Below are positions 1 to 15,379 of a DNA stretch of 64,000 nucleotides, in pieces. Position 1 is the first letter of the stretch, and every line of letters starts with the position of its first letter. The notes below the pieces were generated by a model, which was given only the letters and a program-made list of their open reading frames with translations, ran no database searches and was not told the origin of the DNA. The stretch is from Stegostoma tigrinum (lineage: Eukaryota). The position numbers and the translations under genes are program-made. The stretch lies in NCBI RefSeq assembly GCF_030684315.1, contig NC_081386.1:29741020-29805019 (forward strand), written 5' to 3'.

Positions 1-3000
1 GAAAATTTATTTGCTTACAGGCATTTGACAGTAAACAGTTCAGGTAAACATTTCAGTGATTGGAGAATTTTTGGAGAGGGGGTTGAAGAAGGCCGAAGGA
101 ATAAATGTTACCTTGCAACAGGCGTCTAACATCACAAAAAGACAAACATCCAGAAGCAGTGTGCAGATTCATTCAGATAGACAGTCTACAACAGCTCATT
201 TTTCTTGTGCAAAAAAAAATTATTCAATTAAAAAAAGTAGCAGTCTCTTCTGGATATGCACTACGACCAACCACCACAGTAAACTAATTGAAAATATAAT
301 GGTTTATGGTCTGTACTGTCATAGCTCTGGCTGGAATCTAACTTGTGCAGCATTACCATCAGTTGCGATTATTAAATTTAGAGATGTTACTCTGTTCAGT
401 ACTTTGATTCCAACATAACTCTTCAAAGTTACATATTGATTAAAAAGAAACCAGTAGTAGGAGATACGCAATTTCCATCACTTACCTTTGCTGGCCATTC
501 CTTAGAGGTAAACTAATGGTCTTTATTTTACATACTCAAAAAAGGATAGGAATTAAAATGTTAAATATGTCAAATTGTGAGCCTTTAAGGGGTGGAACAT
601 AGAGGGCAAATTGTATGCTGGGGAGTGCAGAACAAGAAGGAATAAGCCTTAAAATTAAAGCTAAAAACAAAATAGATGGTGTCAGGGTACATCACTATGA
701 ATCCTGGAAAAAAAACAAACTTTTTCAAGCTGCTGTGGATTCAGTCGGTCAAATGAACAATTCAAAACTGGGCCTGACAGGCTAATGAGCTGCAAAACCA
801 TGGCTGGCAAGTGGAGTTAAGATGCAGACTACCTATGGTCTAATTAATCCTTAAAATAGGTTCAAGGGGATGAATGGCCTTCTCCAGCTCCTATATTTCA
901 TGAGCTTTCATTTCAATGTCACGCAGAACAAAACACACTGCTCACATTACACGGTCACTATCTCTGACTTTTAATGACAAGTCCTGACTTTGTTTCAGTG
1001 TACACACAGGGTCATTTAACAAAAGAAAACACATTTTACAAAATACAGGAAATGAATGTTACATATCTCATCCCTTTCCAACAAAAGAAGTACAATATTA
1101 TAATTCGGTGGAAAATGAGATTAAAGGGGAGTTTAAAAATACAAACAGCAAACCCAATTTTCCAAGTAGCAGTGCGCTTCAAAAGCGAAGGGAAAATAAA
1201 TCTGCATCTTGGGAACTGTGAGAAAACAGTTACATTAGCTGTAGGTCCTGAGGAGTTATAGTGCAAAATGCCAAGTCATTTCAATTCAAGTTAAATAGTT
1301 TCTGCTCCATCCTGAATTTTCAATATTATCCCTCATTGCTGATTTATACTGCTAAACATTTAGATTCTCTTCTTCGATAGACATGTAATATTACAGACAG
1401 AACAGCACAATGTTCTGATTTGTCTTACTTTACCAAAAACCACAAATCAGAAGCTGCAAATTGATCAGATACACAGGGTATATATTTTTAAATAAACTCT
1501 GCAAAAGCACAGCTCTTGTAGGAAGACCAACTGTACATCATAAGTCAAAAATCAGAAAAGATCATTTGGGCTGTGAAATGAGAATGTTTTCCTTCTCCCT
1601 TCCTTTATTTTAATCCATTATTAAGGCGTTTGGTGGTAATGCATTCATTCAATTTCATTCCATACAATTCTACACAACACTCAGTTTGCAGACTGTAGCC
1701 TTAGGAATGGGCTAGTGGAAAATAAAATTTAACACCCTTAAAAAGTATCCCTGGAGCATTTAGATCCAAGCTTTCTCTACATGTTGGTTACTACATCGCT
1801 CTTACCAGAGGGGATACAGACAGCGACACTTAAGAAGCCAGTTCTTTAGATGCACAGTTGGCATGTTTAATGTTATGTCAATCCAACACATTTTAGACTG
1901 ATATCTGCCCACACTCCGTTACGACTGCAAACTCTAAGTACCTTATCACAAACGATGCCATGGTCATTAACAGATCTGTAGAATGTAAAACGTGATGAAA
2001 ACAGGGCAAAAATAATTTGCAATGTTGATGATTAAATTAATTACTTTTTTTTCAGTTAGCTCCCAAGAAACCTGAACTTCACAAGTGCTCCCCAGTATCG
2101 GTTCATAATATGCTGGTCTAGACAGTGTCCTTGTAGCAATGACCCATGGTTTGAATCAATTCAACATCCAACGGTCACACATACATTTACCAATAAGTGA
2201 CCGTAACCAAGACTGGGAATCCCTCCCCATTTTTTCCTCTCTAGTTCAGCGATGACAAGGCTAATTGCAAATGTGATATAGATCTGGAATCTTCCTAGTC
2301 CAAATTGCTCAGAGCATAAGGTTATTCACTGAGCCAAGCAGTGTCCACAAAACATTTCAAAACAAATCTTAAAAAAAATGTTCAACCACTTGTGTCAAAA
2401 ATCCAAAACATTATTTTAAAACAATGGCTAAATGTGAAGAAAATGTCACAACATCAATCATTTCAAAGAGAATATCAAATACAGGCAGATTGTGAGACCT
2501 TTGGGGTCAGTGATCTGAAATGAACTCAGAGGAATTGTTCCAGTTGCCAATTGTGCAACCTTTCCCCAAGAATATTCAGCACAAGTTCCAAATACACCAC
2601 CCACTCAGTACTTAATCAAATACACCACAGCTGCCTAAGGCAGCAAACCTCTACTTTGCGTGCAAACACTACACCATAAACTACATCAATAATCATCTAA
2701 ATTCAAGCACAGATTTGCCTCAATACTACAGCGGCCTCTACGTGAAACATTTAACAGTTATTCTTTTCCAGGAATAAAACTAGAAAGTTAAAAACAGCAT
2801 TGATGCAGTCAGGAGTCATTCAGCTGTTAATAACAAGATATTCTGAATCACTAAACTTTGAATCCTCATTTTAAAATATGAACCACTGTTGTCCCCAGGG
2901 AAAATAACGGGAGTGCACACACCAATCCCACTAAAAGACATCACTCCCTAGCAAGTAGAATGGACACTGCCTACGTAGTTTACCAGTTTAAGTCCCAATT

Positions 3001-5874
3001 GAGCATTCAGTTGGGAAGCACTGAAACTCGTATAAATTGTCTCCACCCAGGGATGAAGGCAGCCTGTACTTCCAGTTTATGACCAGTGACTCTGTGGAAG
3101 TGTGGGCAACATGGGGTGCTAGATGCGAACGGGCTGTCTTCTAGCTATTCACGTTAGGCTTAAAAAATAAGGCAATTCAGTAGGGGCTGCAAAAACAGAC
3201 TACAAACCCAGAAAAAGTTCATCCAATGAGATAAGTGGGTAATCACGATTCCCACTGGGTTGCAGTTGGAGACAGTATCTCTAGTTACTCAAGTACTTTT
3301 GACTGCAGTTCTATTACTTGTGCTGACCAGCTTGTAGAGATAAAATTAAGAATGTTCCATAAAATATAATCAAGATTATACAAGACATTTTGGCACTAAG
3401 ACGATGAAGTAAGCAAGAAACAAAAATTAAAACACTAGCACGAGTGAGAGTTCTAATAATTCAGGCAAAGAAATATTTCCTTTTAAAAAAATAAAAAAAA
3501 GAAAGAAATCAAGGCATTCCTACAGACAAAGTCAGGACAATTTCACACCTACCTATATCTTAATTTTCAGTACAACCATTAGGTTTGCAGCTCTCTATAA
3601 ATTGGTGACCATTGTTCCCTGTAGGTTTAAGAAAGTACGAAGACATGACAATTTGTATTTGCTGTCGTATTAAGGCTATAGGAGGAAAGTAGAGAGCAGA
3701 AGAAGAGCACCTAACTAGACAGAACTTACGTAGAATATAGCGAGATGAATGCCGTCTGCCACGCTGCAAAATTCTACAATCCTAATACCATAATAGTCCT
3801 ATTCTGCACAGTTTTCCCTTCCCCATTCTCTGATAAGGAGCAATTTTATGCTACAATAATAGTGGAGGCGTGTTTGGAAACTATACAACAAGTTAGAGTC
3901 CCAGAATATTTCCAAGAAAGGTTGGAAAAAAAAATCACCAATTAAAAGACAAAGAACACACTCGTCAGCAGGCAAAATTGGGAACAATCCTTTATGTCTT
4001 CAAATATTTTCTAAAAATTGACATGCAACTTTAAAAGGATTAAGATTGATATTTAATTAATTAAACTGATATTGGCTGGGAACTGTTTCATCGCCCCTTC
4101 TTTCACACCGTTACCCTCTAAAATAATTGCATTGATTCACAAATGCTTCTGGAGGTTTTTATTGCCATCCTTGTAACTTACTTTAGCCACAAGATTAGCC
4201 ACGTAAAAAGGTCCCCATGCCCACAAACATATTCCCTTTTACATCTCAGCCAACAGGAAACTTGGATGAATCAAGTAAAAATTAAGTCAGACTCTTTCAT
4301 TGCTTAATCAACAGAGATCTCTCAATTCTGCATTTCCACCAAAAAAAGTGGTTTATCTTTCCAAAGTTCAACCTTCAGTTACAGGACTTTGAATTTTTAA
4401 AATACATATTTCTAGCTGAAAGTAAAATTTCCAAACATAAATCTAAACAATAAAATCAATTATTAGAAACAAGTTCAAAAGTGTGATCTGTATTCCTCCC
4501 ACTGCTCAAAAATTAGAGAACTGGCACCAGCATGGATGTTGGAGAGCACAATTATTTAGGCTTTGACACTACATTTGAAGGAGAGAGTGTGCAAGTGAGC
4601 GAACGCAGGAGTGTGACAGCGCAACAGAAAGAGACAGCAGATGGATTTACTAAAGCAGCAACAGATTCAACAAATGAAGCATGATATGGTTTTATTCCAC
4701 TGGCATTCTAGTTGGGAGGATGGTTATTTTCTCCATTTTGTTCCAATGATTTAAAGCAGGTAACATGAGCCAAGGAATCAGACTTATGGGCGCCTGAATG
4801 TTTGCAATGAGGAACTAATCTCAACCTTCAAAACAGCCAAATACGTATTACACTGAGTGTAGATGTTTTCCAATTGCTGCTCTGCCCCGTGTAAAAGACC
4901 TTCACAACCTCGTTCGTCCCTACGTTCTTTCGTGAGCTATGAACCTTTCATATCTGTGAAATAACAGGAATTTAGAGTCAATAGTGAGATATTCTAGACA
5001 TTTTAAATACTAAAACTGCTAACCTGAGATTCATATCCTCAAAGTATTATCACTATCATATAGAGCAAGCATCAAAAGTAGGGCAGTCTGCTGGTAAGTT
5101 ATATATTTGTTTTAATCAACTCAGCCAGTGAAGATACTAATAAAGCATAATGTAAGCATCTATGAACTAAAATAATATTTAAATTATTTGCAATTCTTAA
5201 GCTTTATTTTTGCTAAAGCTATTCAGTCACAGAAACACAATGAATAGTCAAATCCTGCAGCTATTGAAAAAGACTGTCAAAAGCTTTCATTTTTAAGACT
5301 TTGCAGATTAGAAGGTACACTATAAACCTAACCCGGAAATATAATTTATGGTCCCACTCAGTAAGCCTACCTAAAACCCACAAGGGAACAAACAGATAAA
5401 TATTGAAAGATAATTCAATTCATAGATGCTTAACGTTGTACTGCATTGTGCTGTGTAGTGGTGCCAAGTTTAACCCACATTATATATCAAGAAAGAGTCA
5501 CCTTTAAAGTAGTCTCAGGTGATTTCATTGGAATAAGTAAAAGTATTTCATTTAAAAAGTTATAACATAAAACAAGATATGGACCAGAGCCCTCACCCTC
5601 TTTCATAATTTGTGCTCAGAGGTTTCAACTGTGGAAAACAGGAAGATAGGGTCTTGGGTTAAAGACTCTCAGTACAGTCAGTACTGGGCTAACAGCAGTA
5701 AAACCCTACATTTCACAGTTTTGCCGAATTTGAAGTTACATGTGGATTCTAAATCTAAATTGAACAAAGCAACAATAACTGCTGTATTTTTCAACCAGTG
5801 TAGCAATCTTAAAAAAAAAAGTCCAGCTGCATTAACAGAATCAGAATTGGTTAAATAAAACAAAGTAGTAAAAC

Positions 5875-6060
5875 GAAGAAATGCAGATGCTGGAGATCGG
5901 AAATTGAAATTGAAACAGAAACAGAAACAGCTGGAAAAACTCAGCAAGTCTGGAGCATCTGTGGAGAGAAAGTAAACGTTTGAGTCCGATTTCTAATAAA
6001 AAGTCACCAAACTTGAACAGTTAACTCTGCTTCCTTCACACAGAAGCTGCCAGACCAGAG
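5875..6060. mobile_element. Family A fold-back mini-element
   Basis: Inverted-repeat arms gctggaaaaactcagcaagtctggagcatctgtggag / cacagaagctgccagacc. Confidence 0.7.
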
Positions 6061-7875
6061 CTGGCCATTTGTTGACACTGCCTCACCAATGATTTTCAAA
6101 AAAAAAGGTTAGGCATTTCAATAGTAAGGAATAAGCAAAGTAAAATTAAAAACAGCATGGTCCAGATTTCCCACCTATTAACTACAAAATAAATATATTA
6201 AATAAATAAGTTTTCTAGATTACCAAGAACAATTTTAAAAAATACAGTATTTCTGTATTTCTTGCTCCATTTCAAAACGTTGATAATGTAGGGGAAACTA
6301 AACGTTGCTGAAGACAGAGACACTGCTGAAACATTTCACCACATCCTGATCAGGACAAACTTAAAAATGCTAAATTTCAAAGGACTGGGTGACAAGTCTC
6401 ATGTTGCTTTCTCCTTGGAAACATCTCGACCAATCAGTTTCAACTTGCCATCCAGTATGGTCTCAAATTTCCATTTATTTAAAAATATTTCTTGATAGGA
6501 CCCAGGCATCAACTATGATCTCACTCTGAGCAATATCAATATGACTGCAAACGGATTTGAAGAGTTAATATGCTAACTGTGCCAACCAGTTTTGATAATC
6601 ATACACAGTGTTGCAATACTCCAATACATTTATTCACTAAGGCTTTTTTTTGTCAAATGAGAAGAAATATTTGAGTGCAGCAGGCTAAAAGGGAAAATAC
6701 AACCCTTTGTGACCTGAACACAGCCTCCTTGAAAATAACAAGCTGGATGCACCAATAACAGTGTATAGGGTCTAACCATGCAGAACACATTTGGCTCAAA
6801 CAAAAGTTATTAGCCAGTAAAATATTCATATTGTATAAGAACAGAACTCTGGTGTATTTTACGCAAGTGTCTGATTTACAGACAGGTCAGGCACTTACGT
6901 AACTAAAGCATTCACCTTCAGCATCCACGCAGGCTTCTAGAATCTATGCTACACTCTGGTCCTTTTGACATTCCGGACAATTGCATTTCAAAACAAAATC
7001 AAATTACTCAGTGAAGAATCAGATTGGAGATCTGCCTGACCAGTTATTTACTGGATAAACTAGCTGCACCATCACAGGAGTCACAAGTACACCAATACAA
7101 TTTGTGATTTTTATATCCTCTGTTTAAAAAAATGGATCCATGGTTTGAATAAAAAAGTGTACTGCCAGTACTTTCACTGGTTCTGATCGGTACACGTCGG
7201 ATGCACTAATAAGTTATAAAGCGTTACACTGTATTAACACTTTGCATTTCACATTTGTCATACAAAATTTTCTAACATCTCCACACATTTAGCATCTTTA
7301 GAATCTATTAAAACAGCCCACAAAAAACAGAAATCTGACCAAGCTAAGATTTGTTCGGCAGAAGGTTTTGCATGTACTGCAAAGTGAACAATGAATAAAC
7401 GTCAGAAAGGGAAGGCGTGCCACATTAAACAGGCACAAGCCCAAACATCTAATGACAGCGTTCCATAATTAACTGGGTTCGAATCCTTAAAGAGCTGACA
7501 ATGCTGACGAGGGGGCGAGCTCTGATTTATGACTTTATACAACCACAGCACCAGAAACAGCAGATTATCACCTGGTGTTATGAAAGAAGTCTTTAGAAGA
7601 TAGAGTTAACTCAACCCAACACGTGAAAAAAATTTGTTTGATCTTTTACAAATAAACTTCTGTGACTTATTTCCAGAAGTTTGTTTAAGCCACCTTCCAA
7701 TATGTCAAACCATTTGACAGAAGCATTGCATACAAAACAGCATGGTTGTGGAAAGAAACAGGGAAAGGTAAGAAAATAAACCTAAAAATGGGGCAAAAAT
7801 CAATTCTACAAAGCAATACATTGCAGACATACCTAGTACCAGTTTCATAAAGAATCATCTGAGCTACTGAGAATG

Positions 7876-9336
<1,461 letters not shown>

Positions 9337-10279
9337 TCAGCCAGCATCTGTGGACAGAAACAGTTAATATATCAGATTGTCAGAACCCTCGAATCATTTA
9401 AGCCATAACAAAGAAATTCCCTGCACATATAGTAGGTAGGGGCACAGACTGATACAAGGCTGCATTGCAAAGTGAAACGTTTCAGATAAAGTGCATATTC
9501 TGTAAAACGACCTCAGCTGAAGCATTAACAACTTTGCTAACATCAGGAGCCGCAAATGGGTCAAGGAAAGGAAAAACATAAATCAAAAACATTTGTAAAA
9601 AAGGAGGACGCAAAGAAAGCAGAAAGTGGAAGCAAAGAAAGAAAAAATTCTCTATTTTTATTGTTATCCTATGATGCTATTGGAATAATTTGCAATGCCC
9701 TCCACAGTAAGGATGTGATAAGGCTCAACCAAGGTACCCTCTCCTACTGAATGATACAAACTGCTGACGCTGCTTCCAAGGCTTGTAAATAACTAAACAA
9801 ACAAAACGTGATGGAGCATGGTAGCAGGCAGGAAAAGACTACACACCATTCAGGAGTCAGCACCTTCTAAAGAGGAGTGTAAGAAATTGAAGACAGAACT
9901 GGTGTGACGAGAGAAAGAGAACGCTGATTCAATGTCCAAAGCAGAAAAAAAAGGATAACTGGTCACTTCCACACCACAATGATGCAGCGGAGAAAGAAAA
10001 CATTGGAGATTGCAGGGACTGGTTGAAATTGTGGGGAAAGCAGAAATGCCTGAAGAGGACATTTTTTGCCAATAAAAGGGGAAGAGCAAGTGAGCGGTGA
10101 GCAAGTGATAGGATAGTTTAAGTCAGTGCAGGATTGATGACTGGGATGAATTTCACAGCACCAGAACGAGGCCAATAACTTGAACTTTCAATATGGCAAG
10201 GATCCAGGTGCTGCACAGCGATCCTTGCAAGTTAGTGATAACCTAAAAATCAAGTTAGAGGGCAGTCACCTGAGAATCA

Positions 10280-10500
10280 AAAACCAAAAGAAGTACGAAT
10301 GCTGGGAATCAGAAACAAAAAAAACCAGAAATTGCTAAGAAAATTCAGGCAGTGTGGCATCAGTGGAGATATTTTGTAGTGAACATTTCAGGTCCAATTC
10401 TGAAGAAGGTTCATTGGACCTTCACTGGACCGTTAACCGATTTCTGTCCACAGATGCTGCCAGACCCGCTAAATTTTTCAAGCAATTTCTGTTTTCACAC
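10280..10500. mobile_element. Family A fold-back mini-element
   Basis: Same arms with a central degenerate CTGAAGA-aggttcattggacc. Confidence 0.75.
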
Positions 10501-13500
10501 CTGATAATCAAGTTAGAAAGTAAGTAAACTGACAACTAGATGATAAAGAAAGCAAACGGTTAAGTGCATCAATCTTTCACTTCAAACTGAAAATAACTAG
10601 GGCCCTTGGTGGTTGTTTCAAGAGGTTAGCAATCCATTTACTATCAACAAGGCCCATGAAAAAAAAAAATCAGCAATTAAATGAAAGTTTATCATTCAAT
10701 TATGTCACATAACACAATTAATCTATGGAAGCTGTTTGTATGATATGCAGTCTGCCTCGTTTAGCTCAAAGCCACCTAAAAAGGAACACACTGAGTTTGA
10801 TCATTCCACTGCACTAAGCTGATTGAAAATCAAGACGAGCAGTTCAGCCTAACAGAGCTGACCACAACATCAAGACAGAATACATAGATCAAGCTAAATT
10901 CCACCAGTCCTACAAGCCCCTGAAATGTCCTCTTTCCTTTCACTCTGGCTCTCGTGCATCCTTAATTCCCTCGCCATCAGCCATAACTTGGAACCCGTGA
11001 AGTTGAAGGTATGTAAATTCCACATTACAGGAGGAGGGGTGGGACACGGCTTAAAGACTTTCCTCAAAACATACCTTTTTAAACAACTTTCTGGTCACCT
11101 CTCTCAATTTGGTATTAAAATTAGAACAAAAATTGGTTTTATTTTGTTCCATTGAGATATCTGGGACTTTTCTCTCCTTTAAAAAGGGAAAATGCTATAG
11201 AACGCATAATGGCAGCTATTTTAACAGCTCTGCAGCAGCAGGACAAGGATCTGAAGGTGCAGCGCATCATACAAGCTTCCTGACATTCATCAGAGCTTTG
11301 AGAGCTCCAAACTGAATAAAAGATCATTCCTCACGAAAGAGAAAATAAAACTCCAGATATGTGAGAAATACACATCCAAATACACAAAAGGACACGTTAA
11401 TGTTGCCTTGTGCACCTTAGGAAAAGAGCAATCCCACTTTTGGAAAAGAGCAATCCATTGCAAAGCATTCCATTTAAAATAGTTCGAACTATGAATGGTG
11501 GCTAAAGAAAAAAAATGGAAAAATACTCAGAGGGAACAAATCCAAAACACATGTCTGAAAGTGTAATTGGTCACATCCCAGCATTCCTGTTATTACAGTA
11601 GTAATCTATGGATCTCATTAGCCTGTGTAAAACATCTGCAGGGCATTTTCCTCAATTTAGGTCACAACTATGAACAACTTTAAGTGAATAAATGCACAGT
11701 TTACCCAATAGAACATTTTAAACATCATAACAACTTGTATGTGGCACCTTTACAGTGCCAGTCACCAAATCCTGAAGCTTCTTATGAACGCCAATGAGCC
11801 AGTGTGAAGTTTGTGATTAAGATGTGAGAAAACAATGGCCTTTTTATATATCTAAAGATCCATAGACAGAGAGATGAACCTGGTTTTGGTTAGGGAAGAC
11901 CGTTGACAGGGACGACAGGTGTATTTTCTCCAGTTCTCCTCGAATGTATCGTTGGATTTTTACATACATTTCGCTTTAGTGTCCCATTTAAAGTACATTG
12001 CCTGGAACAATGTTCTCTTGGTTTTACATTAGAATAGTGGATCACACTGACTAGTGCACATACCCTGATACTGATGGGCTATGGGAGGCTCCCACAAGCT
12101 GACTAATCAGGAACATACCTTGGTTTGGATGCAGTTTGCAGAGGTTAACAGAATTACTTACAACTCATTCTTTCAAAAAGAGGATACTGATCTCTGAAAG
12201 TGATATCGAAAATATTGTAATGCAATTTTCATCCTCTAAGAGATAATGTTTCTTTCACTCACCCCCATTCACTAGTTCCACAACCTCTGTAGAGTCAGAT
12301 GAAAAGGAACTTGTATTTATATATCACTTTACACAGGCAGATACTTCAAATTACTCTACACAGGCAGATATTATTTCAAATTACTCCACAGTGAATTAAA
12401 TTGTTTTTGAAATGCTGTTATTGATTATTTGTAGGCAAGCCCTACAGCCATTGTACAAAAAGCAAGATCACACAAACAACAATAAAATGGAGGACTTTTG
12501 ATCTTGCCTTCTTTTAAGATGAGGGACCAATACTGGCCAAGACATCCCTGCTCTTCTTGGAATAATGCCGCATTACTTTAGACAAGCTGATGCTCCCTTG
12601 GTTTAATTTTAGTTTGATAAGATCCAGCAAATCAGCAATCCCTTAATCTCAGTTGATAGTCAGTGCAGCATTGTCAAAACTGTTCTGGAGACAGAGACCT
12701 GAAGCCGCAAGCTTCTGACTCAGAGACAAGATTGCAGCTAAAGGTCTTGTAGAAAGATGGTGTGCCCATTGTTACACTAGACAGAAAAGTCAATAAACAT
12801 AGAAAGGCAGATATTAATGCAAGGTACTCCTCTGTTGAAAACAAAATGGCCAAGCATTTAACTAAACAAATCCTCTGGCCAAACAGTTAAATATTAAATG
12901 AACACTAAGTGTCTAACAAAATATCTCACCGACAATAGATAGCCTGCAGTATAAAAGGCAAAAAATAATACACGCCGAATAAAATAAGAAGAGATCCAAA
13001 ATGGGATCTCAAGGTTTGATAGAAAAGAAAATGAAAGGATGCACACATACACTGGATAAATTCAGGCACACAGATTAATGCATTTTATATACGTTGATTA
13101 ACATATTTCAAAAGAAGTGTAATTAATTTACAGCTAGATTACCCCTCATGTTTTATTGTTTACTGTTACTACAATAGTCGTTGCTTCAGTGCTAATGTTC
13201 CTGAGCTCTCTGAAAGTTTCAAATTTGAAAAAGAAGTGCTGACTTGGAAGCAGTGAGATTTTATATGTGAAAATAATTAGCAGTTATAGCGATAGCAAAA
13301 ATATTTAGCTGACAAGCAACAATCTCACCCCACTTGGTGCATTATTTTCAAAACCAACTACCCCCCCAGTGTATGAACTACTGCTTGTTAATTCAAAATT
13401 GTCCTTTTGCACGCAACAGAAAAATGGAATCATGCAGCCGTTTGAAGTAAGCATCTTAATTAAATCAGCTTTACCTCTCCTGAGGTTGCCAAAAAAAACT

Positions 13501-13884
13501 CAGTAGCTATTACAAATTAAATGATTTATGAATTTGACAGATGACTGGAAATGGTGCAGAGTCCAGAGAACACAGTTCTTGTTCAGGAGCTTTAATGAGT
13601 TATGGGTAAACATTGATAAGCATTGAAGAGAGATTTAAGGTAATGGCAAAGAACCAAAAAGGAGCTGAAATGAAGTGAAAATCTTCACTGTCCCAGAAGG
13701 TCCTCTTATAGAATTATGACTGGTGATGAATTTAGTCAAGAGGTTGAATTAACAACAACTTTGTTGTGACCTCTGCCACTACATGAATTGAAGCCATGCT
13801 TGGCATCACTGCATTACATATCAGCCAAATCGGCCAAAAAAATTTGCGAATAAAACACCTCTGGCCACAAGTTCATCACGAAAT

Positions 13885-14640
13885 GGTCAGCATGTAATGT
13901 TCCTGAGTGCCCGCAGGGGTGAAAAACAAAGGAGCGGGTAGATCATGTCACATGGTTCCCCAAGTTGACTGTCAAAGTCATTTAGTAGGATGCCCCACCA
14001 CCAGAACTCTGCAACACGCACCAAGACACAGTTTGGCAGATGGTAAGAAGGGCACTGTCCTTCAGACCCTTCATGCACACCAAGTCTTTGTGAACCAATG
14101 TATGCTGCCCTCAAAGCAGCTGTACTGTTGAAGAGACAGTCGGTCATATCCTCTGGAAAGTGCATGCAAAGAAGGTCTGAAGAGAGACGCAGCAGTTTTC
14201 ATCAAGGTTCGCCCCAAGCTGCTCTTATGACGCAGGACTATGTGCTCCTTGGTCATTCCACAGGATGTACATCAAGACAAATCATCGATTCAGTTAAAGA
14301 TGCTCTGTGGTCTGCCCAAAACTTGTTGGCCTCGACTGAATTCTGCAGACTAGCACACTCCAAGGTTCAGGATTACATGCCAAGGGATGCACTAGAACTT
14401 GGGGCAGCTGCCACCAAGTTGCAGTAGGGAAAAACCATCAACTAGGCTTTCTCTGCCAAAGTATAAGTAGCATTCGATCAGTTGTCAGACCCTCTTGGTG
14501 TCTCAAATAAACATAATTATAATTATAGTTACCAGGATAAGTAAGAAATGCCTTTTTTTTTGCAACTGTAGAGAGGTTGAGAAATGTCAAAATTCCATTT
14601 ATTTTTCCTCTGCAAATATGATTTAGAACCTTTGTATATA
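13885..14640 (+). mobile_element. Tx1-like LINE 3' fragment
   Basis: IIDSVKDALWSAQNLL...CRLAHSKVQDYMPRDALELGAAA resembles the Tx1-clade ORF2 C-terminus. Confidence 0.7.
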
Positions 14641-15379
14641 CTCAGATGATTTTTATTTTTAAAAATTAAAATCAATCAACTGACCCAATGGACCTTCAAA
14701 AGTTTACATGTCCACATCAAGTTAGAACAATCAATTGGTTAAAAGGAATTACTATTGAAGGACCAAGAGGAAAGAACAAAGGGAGCATGGGGTTCAGTGG
14801 ATAGCTACAACAGTTCAAAATTAGACCAGGCAGTGAATCTCAGGGTTGTATGACTGAAGCACATGGTGCCCTTGATATTGTTTGGGTGTAAGTTTTCTTT
14901 CAGGATGTGTGCATATAAAGATTTTATTTCGCTGTGGCCGAAGCATTTGTATATACCATACAGAAGCCAGAACTTGAAATTAACACAAATAACATCAGTC
15001 TTAACCTATTTGTTATGTTGGGGTTAATATATTTTCCTATCCTATTGATATAATATTATTCTCAGCATAGACATCTTTACACATACCTCTGAACAAAACG
15101 TTCTTCTCCAATCACAGCAACTAAAGTTTATAACCCATAATAAATGTTGCATGCACTAACACCCTTTGTAAACATCCTTGAATTGTTACTTCTCATTCGG
15201 ATTACCATTTCCCCACAATCACCATTTGTTACTAGCCTCCCTATCCAAATATAACCACCAAGGAAGGGTCTTACAGCATACTAATAACCTCTGAGCTGGA
15301 AAGTCCAGGTTCAAGACCCTAACTGAACAAATCAGAAGATAATGAGGACATGCTTTAAAAAAAAAATCACAGGTCACTT

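Noticed and set aside
6320-6360. Hammerhead-like CTGATCA...GAAA on the minus strand in the FEM1B 3' region
   Set aside because: The core is mutated and stem II does not pair; at most a dead remnant.
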